NCBI RefSeq assembly: GCF_009914755.1
Contig: NC_060934.1
Source of the DNA: the human T2T-CHM13v2.0 reference genome, Homo sapiens
Length of the DNA: 64,000 nucleotides
Reading direction: 5' to 3' (one strand)
The notes below the pieces were generated by a model, which saw nothing but the letters and a program-made list of their open reading frames with translations, had not been told where the DNA came from and searched no databases. A program made the position numbers and the translations under genes. Within the stretch, counting starts at the first letter, position 1, and each line of letters opens with the position of its first letter. Shown here one piece after another: positions 25,793-42,089 of this stretch.

Positions 25793-28700
25793 TCAATTCA
25801 AAGTTCTCTTCCTCCCAACCCTGCTGCCCAGCTCAGGCTGCTCTGGGGGCTCTGGTTGCCTAGGATGGAACAGTGGGATGGAGGGGGAAATGCAGCTGAA
25901 GAATGGTCTGCCCTTCACTTCTCTGCACTTAGTTTTCTGGTACTGGGATGTGGGACAGGGAAATGATAAGATCCCCAAGACAACCTCTCCAGATGTGGTC
26001 CCTCTGGCAAGCTCCTCTCCTGAATCCATGCTCCTTGTCCAGGGGTTGGACAAATTGGAAACACAAGGAACCTCACTGGCCAGTTATTCAGCCCCAATCA
26101 GCCCCTTCCACACCCAAAAAGCATTAGTAGCCCCTTTCAAAAACCCATTTCCTCCACCAGCTAGGGGCCTTGTGACTTGTTTTTCTCTGCACCCTTGACT
26201 GTGGTGACCCAGAAGCCCTGGAGCTCCTTCCTCTGTCCAACCTTATCTCTCCTCTGGAGACTTTGGCACATGAGGAATTGATTTTTTCTGCCTTTAGAGA
26301 AATGAGAACCTGAGGGAGATGTTCTTTCCCCTCTTTGTCTCCCTATCCTACCTCTGATCTCTCCCCACGGCTCAGCTACCACTGGGGTGGATCAGCATAT
26401 CAAGAGGCTGAGGAGACATTCAGCTAGGGATGGAAATGACCATCTGCCCACCATAGTTTACAAGGCAGTTGTCTTGGGCACCACTTCAGTGCCTCTAGGG
26501 AGAAACTAGTTGGTGGCCTTCTCCTTGAGAGAGGGGCAGCCTTGCTTTAAATCTGAAGGATCTCCCCAAAAGCAACCTCTTTCCAGCTTCCAGTCTGCTT
26601 ATATCTCTCCTCCCCAAGCAGCCCCAGGGTGGCCTCTACTGCACCCTGTGGTCAGTGGTGACAAGTGAGAGGGGCATCCTGTAGCCAGAAGTAGGACTTT
26701 CTTTGAATTCCAAAGGACTTGGATAACTTACACCTCCATAGTTCATTATCTCTGTGTCATAAATGAAAGTCAAGAGCAGGAAAAACCTCAGTCAGTACTT
26801 CACAACATCCTATCACACAGAAATGAGTTGTTGGCAAGGAAAAGACCCCCATTTGTCCCTAAAGACTTGCATCAAAGATGGGATCCCCTGCCCAAAGCAA
26901 TTAGGGAAATTCCTACTAACAGAAGAGATGTAGAAACATCTGTTTCCCACTGATGTCAAGGCCAGGGGTGGAGGCGCTGGCCTAAAATAACCTTTCCTGG
27001 GCCAAACAGCCTAATGGGACATTTAACCTCTCTGAGACTCAATTTCCTGATCTGTAAAATGACAATTGAATTAGTCCATATGGCATTCCCAGTTCAGAGA
27101 CTTTAAGAGTTAAGATAATGGAATGTGGTGATCCTGTATAAATAAAAGAAACAAGCAATTTTTTTAAAAGCTATTTGGAAACCCCCTTCACAATTTGTGA
27201 CTAGAGATAGAATTCAGATTTATAACTGAAGATAATCTTTTCCTATCTCCCCAAATACTTGCAATTTACTTTTTGGCTTACTGTTATATTCTATTGTGGA
27301 TAAGCCAAATGTATTTTGTTCTGATTACATGAAAGCAAAACCAAGTAACTACTCCAATTAGGTAAGTAAACTCATAAACCTAGAGCGGTACAGCAAAGAT
27401 GTAAATGAAAACTCACAAAATGTAATAAAGGACTCTAGTGACAAATGGATAAAGAGCAATGATGTCTGTGTTCAGGACCATTAAAATGATCTTAAGACGA
27501 AAAGTGGAACCCAAGGGCAGACAGGACAGCAGGCCCCATGGGCACTGGCATCAGCAGCTGGGCCACCAGGACATCCCTCTTGCCAGCGACCCAGGCACAT
27601 GGCCTCTTATCTCTACATATCTGCTTCCCTCTTATGAAGAGGGGGTGTGGGCAGAGTGGACAAACTGATGAAAAAGTCTGCTGCAAAGTGCAGCTCTCTC
27701 AGTGAGGCTTTTCCCTAACAACACTGAGTCTTGGGTTTTAGTTACTTGTGGTTCTGGTTTTAATAGACTTAGCTGCTGTGGGATGCCTAAGAAGCTTAAA
27801 TTTTGGGTGCCTTAGGATCACCAGGAAGAAAAACAAACAAACCAATAAAGATTTGGATAACAAGAGAGAAGTTGATTGAAAACTGTCAACTCCCTGAAAG
27901 TTTTAAACCAGGCATGAAGCCTCCTGTGTCCCTCATTCATCATGTTTCTGAAGACAGTTGACCTGTTGACTTAAAGACATCATTTAAGAGAGTCAGCCAG
28001 AACTAATGACAGTGTGAAGACCTGCTAACCATGGTGAGTATTGAGAAAGAGCTAGCTCAATAAGAAAAAGTCAACCTTGGCCTATTACTCAGACATCTTT
28101 GGCTTAAAAAAAATAATTTCCAGATCTCACAATAATTTGGACCAGGAGTTAGAAGATCAGACCCTAGTCCAGGTTTGATGCTAATTTTTCAGAAACCTTT
28201 TTCCTGGAGCTATTTGGTTAATGCCCCAGAATCCCTTCCCTACTGCCTTCCTTGGCTAAATGTTTTGATGTTTTGGAGAGTGCTAGAATCCTTGTTTCAT
28301 CACTTACCATCTATATGCCTTGTGTATGTGACTGAATCTCTCTAAGCTTTTCTCACTGTAAAGACTTAAATTGTTAGCTTTCTTTTTATGTCTATGCGAT
28401 TTGTTATTTTTGTTATATTTTTTAACTCTTTAAGAGCAGTATTTCTCACCTATAATACTTTGTCCTGTATCTTCTACCACCATTAGCATAAAGCCAATCT
28501 GGGAGACTGTGCTCAATAAATGTTATTTTTTGATTTTGGCATAAATATTAATAATCATTTATTGCAAAGTCTCACTGGGCAAGATATTGAATCTGGTTAC
28601 CACCTGAGGGGAGACAGGAAGGACAAACAAGAAATGAGCTTTTCCTTAAGGAAGGTTCAATTCATTATGGGACCAGACAGGTAGACATGCAGCAAACTAC

Positions 28701-28965
28701 TTAGCCATCTTTCCTCTTCTCTCCCACACCATGTGACTCTAGGGAGCCATTTGGGAAGTAGAAACTGTTGGAACAGAGCTATTTTCTGGACAGACAATCC
28801 TGGCTTCCTGGATCCTGTTTCTACCGAGACACAGGAAGGGAGCTGCTGATGCTCATTCGATGCCCGTGCCCCATTTTCCTAAAACAAACCCATATTGGAC
28901 ATCAAAGAAGCTATGTAGTTCTTTTCTAAAACTTTCAGTTAGTTGCCTTAAAGGTCCCAACTAAA

Positions 28966-29268
28966 GGCTGGGTGTAGTGGCTCACACCTGAAATCCCAGC
29001 ACTTCCAGAGGCTGAGGCGGGAGGATTGCTTGAGACCAGGAGTTTGAAATCAGCCTGAGGAGAATAAGAGACTCGGTCTCTATAAAAATAAAAACAAAAC
29101 CATTAGCCTGCTGTGGTAGTGTGTGCCTGTAGTCCCAGGCTACTCAGGAGGCTGTGTGGGGAGGATCACTTGAGCTCAAAAGTTCAAAGCTGCAGTGAGC
29201 TATGATTACACCACTGCACTCCAGCCTGGTGATTGAGTGAGACCCTGTCCCTAAAAAAAGAAAACCAA
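28966..29268 (+). mobile_element. AluJ-type SINE
   Basis: Alu dimer; degenerate TSD aaaggtcccaa/aaagatcccaa. Confidence 0.92.
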
Positions 29269-30819
29269 AAAAGATCCCAAGTAGAACAAGCAGTGATAAG
29301 CAAGGATGTGATGAAGAAGAGAGTTATCCATGCCTTGTCCTTCTGGTCCCCCCATCCTCTAATCACCTTGCAGTCCTTACAGCCTGCGGGGACCTGGGGC
29401 CTCATGGTGGATGCCTCCCTCTCCCCAGCTCTCTCTTTCTTCTGGCCAATCCATGCTGATCTTGCAGAGTAGAAGGTGAGGTTGGGAGCATGAGTTCTGG
29501 TTTCCATGGATGAGGGGAGAGGATGCGGCTGAATGAGAACGGAGTGAAGGTAGAGGGACAGAAAAGACAGACTTCCATTTCAGGTTACCGTTAGCTTCCT
29601 CCTTAATATTTTAAAATCTGACACTATTCACCAGTAAGAGGACTTGTTTTCTTCTGGTAATACCCCAGTAGCCTATGTGAGCAGATCCTATTCCCATCTG
29701 AACAGAACTTTGGTCCTCATTCTTGTGAAATAATAACTCTGGACTTATGGAGCTCAGGGACTGTTTGTCCCTTCCATGCTCAGGGTTATCGTGAAGCTCT
29801 CTGGTGTTAACTGACAATGAGGAATCCTGTTATCCCTAATTTCTCCCCTTCCCAGGTGGAGGAAAGGAGGCAGAGAAGAGTAAAGATCCAGCCAACCTCG
29901 TAACAATGAAATACAAGTGCTAATGTTAATTCTAGCAGTATCCTTCTATAGGAGTCCAAGAAATGTTTGTCCCCTGAGACACTGTGAAGATATTAGCAGA
30001 TAGTTGAATCTGAATGTTAATTACACTGCCTTCTTCATGATTTCTAGAGAAACTGCTCGAGTGACACTTTCCTATATTCTGAGAGTACAGCACAAATCCA
30101 GTGTAATTGTTTTATTCATTTCTACCACTCCCTATCTTAGACTGCTAGCCAATTGGTGGCAAAGCCTGCCCTATCACCACTAGCAACTAAGGGCATTCAA
30201 CCTTCCAACTTGCCTCTGGCATACAACATTTGTAAAAAGAAAAGAGTAATCTTTCGTCTCCATTGTAAGTGTTTAATTGGTTCAACAGCATCCTCCCTAC
30301 CCCTCAAGCTCTCGGAGTTAAATATAAATTCAGTCCGTGATTGATGTGACAAAATATATACAAAGACAAATAAAAGACAGATTGCCTTTCAGGTCTGAAG
30401 CAGCAAGGCCCAGGAATTCTAGCAACATTGGCTTGTCTGAAACAGCACAGAGTGAATAGTATTATCATAACCAAGAGGGGTCAGAATAGCTGGACAACAG
30501 TAGCTGTATAAAAGGAAAGTGCAGGAAGCAAGCACCTGCAATTTGTCTCCAGGGCTGACCCACAGATGTGATTTATCTGTTCCTAGTTGCACTGACAGAT
30601 GATTCAGCCCTTAAGAGCCCAAAGCCATAAAATACTTGAACCATACACACAAATTCCTTTGTTCTGATTTTATTCTCCGTAAGCAACTGACAAATTACGA
30701 TTTGATTTCCCATTTATTTTTCAATGGTTCACTTTGTTCTAAAAAGTTTATAAGGGGCTTATAAAAGTGTATATGCTTCAGTTTAAAAGTTAAAATTGAA
30801 TGTAAATGGACACGGTGGG

Positions 30820-31665
<846 letters not shown>

Positions 31666-32194
31666 TCAGTATATGAGAAAAGTAGGGTGAAAAAAAAATA
31701 GTGAAGAAAAAAATGAAGCTAGTAGTCAAGTGAGCACACATTCACAAAAATGTTTGCCATGAATTCCAGGATACTTGCTGGTACAGGCTGATCCGTCTAC
31801 TCAAACTTCACAGCCATCAGTACAGGGCAAAAGCTGCTTAGTCATGTTGGCCAGAGTGTCCACAAGATTAAAACTCACCCAGATGCTCAGAAGAAATAAA
31901 ACTATATTCCCGATTATGATACTTGAAAAAAAATTCTACCTTGGGCTGCTTGTAAGGAAGATGCTGTGTAAAATGGTGATTCACACCCTCAACCATATTC
32001 CTACAATAAATGTGACAATGAATTAATGGATTTCATGGGATTGTTTCTTATAACATCCTGATGACAAAACACCAAAGCACAGTTTAATGAGAGCAGTTTT
32101 AAAGTCGGGAAATGATGCAGGCCACTTGTGTAGTCACTGCTAGAATGGTTAGTCAGAACAAAGGTGACACCTGCAGGATAAATGAGTGCAGGCT

Positions 32195-32903
<709 letters not shown>

Positions 32904-33096
32904 AGGCTGTACCCCTAGGTGACCGAATGCTTTAGGGCCATAAAGCCACTTAAAAATTCATTTGCTTTGAGCAGCTGATCTAAGTCTTATATTCTATGGC
33001 AATTAGTTGACAGGAATCTTTGTCTATTGAAGCCATTTTTTACTCTTACTCTGATTCCAGAAAACCACATCTCAAGCAAAGAAAAGGTTGTTTGTT

Positions 33097-33221
33097 GGCC
33101 GGGCGCGGTGGCTCACGCTTGTAATCCCAGCACTTTGGGAGGCTGAGGAGGGCGGATCACGAGGTCAGGAGATTGAGACCATCCTGGCTAACATGGTGAA
33201 ACCCCGTCTCTACTGAAAATA

Positions 33222-33255
<34 letters not shown>

Positions 33256-33420
33256 AGCCGGGCGTGGTGGCGGGCGCCTGTAGTCCCAGCTACTCAGGAG
33301 GCTGAGGCAGGAGAATGGCGTGAACCTGGGAGGGGGAGCTTGCAGTGAGCAGAGATCGCGCCACTGCACTCCGGCCTGGGCGACAGTGAGACTCCGTCTC
33401 AAAAAAAAAAAAAAAAAAAC
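33097..33420 (+). mobile_element. AluY SINE
   Basis: gaatggcgtgaacc..gagcttgcagtgagc; TSD aaaggttgtttgt at 33083-33095 and 33421-33433. Confidence 0.95.
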
Positions 33421-34537
33421 AAAGGTTGTTTGTCTTTCTCTTTCTTATGAGGGGAGTGGGCTTCCCATCTAGTTTTCCTAGAAGAAATCCCTCTCTGAGT
33501 TAAAAGAGCCTTCCTGCCTACAATCTGGCTGAGATAGAACATTTTTCATTTGTTTGTTTGTTTGCTTTAATCTTATGACTGTCACCACTGAGTGACTAGC
33601 ATACAAGCAGGCCCTGTGGAGTTGAAGGACAGTTCAGGCAGCCCCTGCTTGCTTACATAAAGTGTTGGAAAACACACCGGAGTTGGACATGTGATAATCA
33701 CACGGAAGTATATGTAATAAAAGTTTTCTGTTCCTACTGAGATGGAAAAGTCTATAAAGTCCCTAATAACACTTGACCCTCTGGATGCAATTTTGGAAGC
33801 TGGGTTTCTAGCATTTTGTATGTCCAACCAATTCTTCTTATTTATATGAACATTATTCATTTAAAAAAAAGTATGAAAAGTTCATTTTAATAATCGCAAA
33901 TTTTAATTTGTTCCTTTTCTCTCTTGACTGGTATTTCCATTCCATTTCTTCTGTATAATTTCATCCTAATATATTTTTAAATTTGAAAGTTCTTTTGTTG
34001 ATAGTTATCTTGAACAAATATACTTCTGTCAATTGAAATTCATTATTTTTATTCTTGTGACTGTAAAGTTCTTAGTGTTAAAATTTTCATCGGGATTCAG
34101 TTAACATACAATAGATATTAAAACCTGATTGATCAAAACAACAGAACTGTATTATAAATTTTAGTGAGTACTTATTAAACATAAGAAATAAAATTTTATT
34201 GAATAGTCCTTTCTTACTGAAACTTAACAGGACTGTTTTTACAGTTGGTTTGTATATTTATGGATAAATATCACTTATTGCTAGAATAAGAGGATTCAAC
34301 ATCAATTCTATTTCTCAGTTTTGTTTTTATAAATATAAGCATTAAGAAACTTGGTTTACATAAATAATTAGAAGGAAATTAGATGGAAAACATTTTGCTT
34401 TCTCAATGCCACTTAATCATTTGAGTGCCTTCTAAGTTATATTCAGAAAATCACATAGTGATCCATGTTAAAGTAATTTTTAATGATCTTTGAAAAAAAT
34501 ATTTGGCCCTCTTTTAATTTTCCTGAAGCAAATCATT

Positions 34538-34578
34538 AAACACCATAATGCTTGGGAAACACCATAATGCTTGGGAAA
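34538..34578. repeat. Perfect 19-bp tandem duplication
   Basis: aaacaccataatgcttggg x2. Confidence 0.95.
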
Positions 34579-36842
34579 AGATTTTTTTAAAATCCTGTCA
34601 TTAAAGTCATTTACTTTTGAAATATTTTATTTTTAATTGCCCCATTTTTCCAGCCCTAGACTTTTTTATACCCACAGTAAGTTCAGGCTGAGTGAGTGGC
34701 ATGTTCATAAGAGAAGCACGACTGTGACAGGGGAATGGGAAATGGAGAACCAGCGTAATGTCTCCATTGCAGGTAAATTTCATACGGAAATTAGGTATCT
34801 GGAAAAAGATTCCCTTAAAACTGATTCTTTATACCCTTATATCCTTAAAAGGCCTCATGTACCTCAGGAGGCCTGTGTATCTCAGTTTGAGGGCCAATAT
34901 TCTCGTAGAGACAAAAATGTATAAAAATATATACAATGTGATACTTCTTGATACTAAAAAAAAAATGCTATAAAAGGAAGCATATGGTAAAAACCTGGAG
35001 GGAGAGTGCTATGTGAGATAAGGCAATGAGAGAGGCCCCTGTGAGAGGGGCTGCCTAACCTGAGCCTGAAGGATGAGCATAGTTGTTTTGCAGAGCTGGT
35101 CAGGCATGTTGTAAGTGGGAGGAACAGCATGTGCAAAGGTCCTGTTGGAAATAAGCTTGGCATGTTTGAGTGGCAGAAAGAGGATCTGTGGGGCTGGAGC
35201 ATGATGACCAAGGGGAAGAGTGGAAGAAAGTGAGGTCCAGAAATGGGCAAGGCCATATTTATGAGGCCCTGAGGGAGCTGCACATTATTTTCAGCATGAT
35301 TCAAAGCCATCTGAGGTTTTAAGCAGGAGAATGACAAGAGCTGAGTTTTGCTTTAGAAATATCTTTCTGGGTGCTGTGAGGTAGGGGCAGTGGATGATAG
35401 GGAAGTAAAAATAAGCTAGCAAGTTGCAAGATAGCTATAGACTACTGCTGTCATCCACGAGGGAAGTGACTGCAGCTTAGAACAGGGGACAACACCGAGG
35501 CTGATAAGAAGAACTCAATTTAGGAAAGCATTTGGAGAAAAAGCCAACGAGAATTGCTGATGGGTTGCATATGCAGTGTGAAGAAAGAAAAATAATCTAC
35601 CTGTAGAATAAATTCTAGAGGTGGAATTGCTTAATCATGTCTATGACATATTTTAAAAAAAAAACATAAACTGAAGTGCTGGGCAGATATTTTGGACGAC
35701 ACACTAAGTGATCAAGAACTCCAGTCTGAAAATCTACCTGGATAAGCAGTGATATGGACCCTACTCATGGGCCATTTTTCCATATCACCATACATGCCCC
35801 AGGCACTGAAAACTGCCAAATAAACCTTCTTAAAATGAGGTCCATTTTCAAGGAACAACTCTTATTGACACAGTTCTGATCAGTCCAAAGTGTGCAACTA
35901 TCTAGTCTTAAGTATGTTTTATTTAAATAATGCCAGTAGGGAGTTGTGAAGCTAAAATTAATGTTTTGAAACTATCCATAATTTTTTTAAATGAATTTTT
36001 TATTAACCTTGCAAGAGACGTGATCTAAATTTTTATCCTTTTCTTGCTATAGAACATATTATAAAATTGTTGTAACACAAAAAGGCAATCAAAGAGCAAG
36101 CAGCCAAAGGGTAGGAAAGAAGTATTATAGGTATTATAGAGAGTTGTCAGGCAGGTAATTAATAAAATTTAATTTTATCTTGCTTGACTTTGTGATTATT
36201 GTGGTATTTTTCAGTAATTAAAAATTTGTAATTCATTGTAGTTTCCTTTTCTCAGACTAAACAAATACTTTCATACTAAATATGTATTTAAATTTTGTAT
36301 TTTTTATGTGAAAGAGGGCTCCCCAAATTGTTTAAGCTTCAGGACCATAAAACCTGGACCTGCTCCTGGCAAGTGTCATCACTTAATAACATAGGAAAGA
36401 CTTGACATGGAGCAAATGATTGTTGTTGTTTGGGGAGATGTAATGTAGGGGGCAATTAATAGGGCTTTTTTGGCTTGGTTAAGCTAGAAATGTCCATTTA
36501 CCATCTTAATGGATGTAGGCAGTTGGATAAATGGGTCTGGAGCTCAAGAGTTCTGGGTTGGACATGTAAGTTTTGGGTATAATTAGTGCATAACTTTAAG
36601 AGACTGTGAAGATTCCTAAGGTAAGAGTTTATAGAGAAGGAAAAGAAGAGAAGAGGATTCCTGACAAAGCTCTGAGGTCTTCAACATTTAGAAATTTAGT
36701 ATAAAAACAGAATCAGCAAAGAGGGCCAAGCAGCAGCAGGCAATGCCATAGGAGGGAAACTAGGCAGGTGGTAGCCCAGAAACCTTGATAAAGGATTCCA
36801 TGGAAGAAGGGGAGTCAGTCAGGCCAAGCCCAGCTGGGAGGT

Positions 36843-37257
36843 TGTCTTAGTTCATTTAATGTTGCTATAACAGAATACCTGAATCTGGGTAATTTATAAA
36901 GAAAGAAGTTTATTTAGCTCATGGTTCTGGTGGCTGGAAAGTCCAAGATTGGGCAGCTGTATCTGGTGAGGGGCTTATGCTTCTATAACTCATGGCAGAA
37001 TGCAGAGCAGAAGAAAGCACATGCAAACAAAGAGGCCATGCAGGAGGAGTAATCTCACTTTATAACAACCTGCTATTGCAGGAACTAATCCATTCCTAAG
37101 AGAGTGAGAACCTACCCACGACATTAATCTATTCATGAGGGATTTGCTCCCATGAGACAAACACCTCCCACTAGGCCCCATCTCCCAATACAACTGAACT
37201 GGCAGTTAAACTTCAACATAAGTTTTAGTGAGGACAAACCACATCCAAACCATAGCA
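36843..37257 (-). mobile_element. MSTB-like MaLR solo LTR
   Basis: tgtcttagttcattt..gctataacagaatacc...caaaccatagca; perfect TSD gaggt (36838-36842, 37258-37262). Confidence 0.88.
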
Positions 37258-37365
37258 GAGGTCAAGAAAGTCAAAGGTGGGGTTGGTCAAAAGCCTCAGC
37301 CATTGGTGACTCTGACATGTGCCATTTTCTTAGAGTGGTGGATGAACAACTCTGGAGAGAATTTA

Positions 37366-37842
<477 letters not shown>

Positions 37843-40031
37843 TTAATGAATAATATTAAGCATATTTATTTGCAAATGGAAATGAACCACTAGCAAGGAA
37901 AAACTGATATTGCAGGAAAGAATGGGGATAATTGCAGAATGATCTAGAGTTTGAATGGAAGCCTTTGCCTGATCCATTTTCTCTATACAACATGGAGAGA
38001 ATTTGGAATCACAAAATGACTATTCTGACTATCGGGGATGGGGCACAGGAGAAGGAGTAATAAAGATTTGAGGTGAGAAAAGAAATGTGAGGTATTCTTG
38101 AAGGGAAACATGACTTTGCTGTTTCTATACTTTATTACAAAATTATAAACTCTTTAGGGGAGGCCCTGTGTGTTATACATTTATGGAAACCCCATAGAGT
38201 CAGCATAGCATCTTGCATACTCTAGGACTTCAATGCGCTCCTGTTGAGTAGGTGGATGGGTTGGATGGATGAGAAGTGCCTTGTAGGAATCCAAAGGAAT
38301 AAATTAAAAGACTTCATCAAATGGGGGAAATTTCGAGTGATGAGGAGGATTCCAGATAGGAGGGTGGCATGAGTAAAGGTGCAAGTGTAGCTTCTCCTGG
38401 GAGGACTGTGCCTGGATCTGAGGAGAGATATGTGTGTTTGAGATGATGGGAGATGCATTCATATGTGTTGGTGGGATAAGCCCAAATAGGTTATGCCTTG
38501 CAAGTGATGTTAAAGACTTTGGATTAGCATGTGATTAGCATGTAATGCGGTATCCAGGTTGAGATTTTTTGGAACTTAGTTAATACAGCCTGGACAAACA
38601 GAACATTTAAAGCCACAAGTAGTTTTCAGTCATTCAAAATATAGAAATTTAAACTAGAAAGATAAAGACTTCTGTTTTTAGGGATATCATCTCAAGAAGT
38701 CTACAGTACGAAAATGTAAAATAAATACTACTTTCTAAAATGCAGCTACTATTACCCCAAGAGGCTGGAGATTAGCCTAGAAAGTACCATTATTAGACCA
38801 ATGTGTTATCATTCAATTGCCTGGTAGGGAGTGGGGCACAGAGGAACATGTAAAACCCCAATAGACGGAGGGTGGTGTTTCTCTTGAAAGGAGTGAACAT
38901 CACCACTGTCAATTGCCCTGGGAAGAAGTAGATCCTATGACAGGAAGTAAGGATTGAGAAGGTAGACTACAGACTAGAGAGGAGGAGAAACTCATCTCTT
39001 TCTGTGGGCCTCTGGTGATGAGCCTGATCAGGCTTTGAGTACTTTCAGTGGTGGGCATGAGCGTGTACTTTGTAAGCAGGTCAACATTTAGGCAGAAGGC
39101 AGTGGGTTGGCCTGCAGATTCAGAGAAATCACATCTAAGTTCTCTAAGTTCTCTTCTTGTGCTTCCCCAACCCTTGAGTCCATTTCAATTCACTTTCAGC
39201 CTGGCCTAAGCAAGGTGGTAGGGAGAGAAGAACATGCCTGGGACATGTTTGGGTCCTGGTGGTGAAGGGCAGAGCAGAGCCCTTTCCTGAGGCCTGAATG
39301 GTAAAAGCATCATACATGTCACCATGCGCCACAGGGCAGTGATCCCTTGGGACCACAGGCAGTAGTGGCAAGGGCATGAAGTATCATTATTAAACATAAG
39401 AGTCTGTCATAGGGGATTTTCTGAAATAACTGAGGGAAACTCTACAAGAGCAGGTGGTAGCCAAAGTCATAGTTTAGCAATTTAATGAAAAAATTCTTAG
39501 TGTTTAAGCAGGTGATGATAAGTCAGTCCTCTATCTCCACTCCCTGAATTTGGAACCTTTAGAGATTTAGATACAGGAGACTAAAGATGAAAACGTCAAC
39601 TTTATTACTACTAGCACTGGCTTGGAAATTGTCATATACACACAGTAAACAACCAGACAGCAGACACACTCGCTCTGTTGGGGCAATATTCCTGGGGGAG
39701 ACCACAAAGACAAGAATAGCAGCAGGTGTGTGGATCCCCAGTGCCCACTGCCTTCTAAAGAAGAACAAAGTGATCGGTGGAATCAGACATCAACTTTCAG
39801 GAAAGGGACTCTGCCCTTTGGGCTGAGAAATTTTAAAGCTGCATTAATAAAGAAATGCCAAGCCCTCCTCTGGAGTAAGTAGAGGTCACAGTACAGTATA
39901 AGGATAATATAAGGTTCTGGCATGGCAGCTCAGGGATTGTGGCTGGAGGAACATGAGCTCCTCCCATTGCATAACCAGAAAGCTAGGTCTATGCCTGGCC
40001 ATTGCTGCTGTGTACTGTGGCAACTTCACAG

Positions 40032-40479
40032 TGTGAAGGAAAAATATCTTGGGCTCCCTAAATCACTAAGCTAAAGGGAAAAGTCAAGCTGGAAACTGCT
40101 TAGGGCAAACCTGCCTCCCATTCTATTCAAAGTTATCCCTCTGCTCACTGAGATAAATGCATATCTGATTGCCTCCTTTGGAGAGGCTAATCAGAAACTC
40201 AAAAGAATGCAACCATTTGTCTCATATCTACCTATGACCTGGAAACTCGCTCCCTGTTTTGAGTTGTCCCACCTTTCCAGACCAAACCAATGTTCATCTT
40301 ACATATGCTGATTGATGTCTCATGTCTCTCTAAAATGCATAAAACCAAACTGTGCTCTGACAACTTTGGGCACATGTCAGGACCTCCTGAGGCTGTCACA
40401 GGCACGTGTGCTCAACCTTGCTTGGTAAAATAAACTTTCTAAATTAACTGAGACCTGTCTCAAATTTTCTGGGTTCACA
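40032..40479 (+). mobile_element. MER4A1-like ERV1 solo LTR
   Basis: tgtgaagg..aatcactaagctaaagggaaaagtcaagctgg..aataaactttctaaattaactgagacctgtctc..ca. Confidence 0.88.
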
Positions 40480-41049
40480 TTAGCATGACCTGTTCCCCCA
40501 GCATTCATGATTGGGAAGCCACTGCCTTTCTCCTGGCCTGCTCAGGAGGCTAGGTCCAACCCTTGGGATTCACTGGGATTGGCTGCCTTCCACCCACAGC
40601 TATAATTCATTTCCAAGGAGCTTTGCATCCAGCTCCTTTTCTAGAAGGCTGATGAGTGAGAATCAGTCTTGGACACATTAGGGCTTACCTTTCTGAGCCA
40701 CCCCAAATGAGCTTCCCACACCTTCTTCCCAAATTGTCCTCACCTTCTCAGATCTGCAGGCCTTCCAGTGCAGAGGGAAGATCTGCCTAAGTAAGTTTAC
40801 TGGTTAGAGGAGCAGAAAATGTATGTGTCCTGAAGCAAGATGCTGTGAAAGAGAAAACCCAGAAAAGGCTAAACCTCAGTCCTTCTTCCAAATCATCAGC
40901 TTAGTCATTCACCTACCCTTGGAGAGGGGAGCAAAGGATAGAGAAGCTGTCAGAAATATTCTAGTTTTTCCTCCTGGGGAGGGAAGCACAAGTTTCTTGT
41001 CCTCTATGGAAATGTGCAGCAGCTTTGGATCAAAAATAAACTGGACATG

Positions 41050-41155
41050 GATGGATGGTGGTGATGGCTTCACAACAGTGTGAATGTAGTAAACACCACC
41101 GAACTGTACACTAAAAACTGGTTAAAATAGTACATTTTATGATATTTACTACAAT
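41050..41155 (+). mobile_element. Old L1M 3' end fragment
   Basis: gatggtggtgatgg..cacaacagtgtgaatgta..gaactgtacact. Confidence 0.7.
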
Positions 41156-41199
41156 TACCCAATCACTGTAAAAAAGGAACTGGATCTAATCATGCTTTT

Positions 41200-41680
41200 G
41201 ATTTTATTTTTGCTTTGTTTTGAATAGTTAATATATTCATATGATTTTAAATGTAAAAAACACAAATGGCCCCTTCATAATCTTTTCCTAGCTAATGCAG
41301 TTTCTTCTTCAGAGGCAAACAATAAAAACAGCATTTTCATATTCTTCCAGAGATATTTTACGCATTCTCTAGCAAATACATGTTTTAAAAATTTTTGACA
41401 CAAATGGTATTGTATGTTACACACTGTTCTGCAATTTGCATTTTAACTTAATGAAATTTCTTGGGGAATGCTCCATATCAGTGTATCAGAGTTCCAGCAT
41501 TCATAGAGCTATACGTTTTCCTAGAGCACAGATTTCCGTAGTTGGCTTAACCAGTCCCCCTTATGTGCAAATATAGATGTTTTTACTCTTTTGTTGTTCC
41601 AAACAGTGAATATCCTCTTATGTGTGTCATTTCTCATATTTATCTACTCATAAGATAAATTCATAGACATGGAATTGTCC
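41200..41680 (-). mobile_element. Old L1ME-like fragment
   Basis: cacaaatggtat..tacacactgttctgcaa..taaattcatagacatggaattg. Confidence 0.55.
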
Positions 41681-42089
41681 AATCTTGGTTTTAATAGTTT
41701 TCATTATAGGCCAACTTGACTTTAATGCTGTTGAGTAGACATTTGGAATGCAGTACTAACTGACCAAGACCTCTAATCTAACAAGCTATCCAGAAAACTG
41801 ATGATGTCTTTCTTACTCACAGATCATTGTTCCAGTTTCATATGTGCACTAAGGTGGGAAAACTGTCAAACAGACCCCAAGAAAATAATGTCCATTTTCA
41901 AAAAGCAACTCTTTCTGGCAGAGGTCTGATTAGCCCATAACACATAACTATCTGATTATAAATGAGCTTTCTTAAAATAATTTTTAATATTTTTTCCCAC
42001 TGTAATTTTTCCATGTTTCTATGTATGCTATACATTTTTGTTTTGTAACAATTAAAGGGCCCTGACAGGTTAGCCAGAGAAAGTAATAT

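Noticed and set aside
33600-34900. Possible hAT/Charlie relic (and a Tip100-like end near 36370)
   Set aside because: Only terminus-like words recognisable; family and boundaries cannot be supported by eye.
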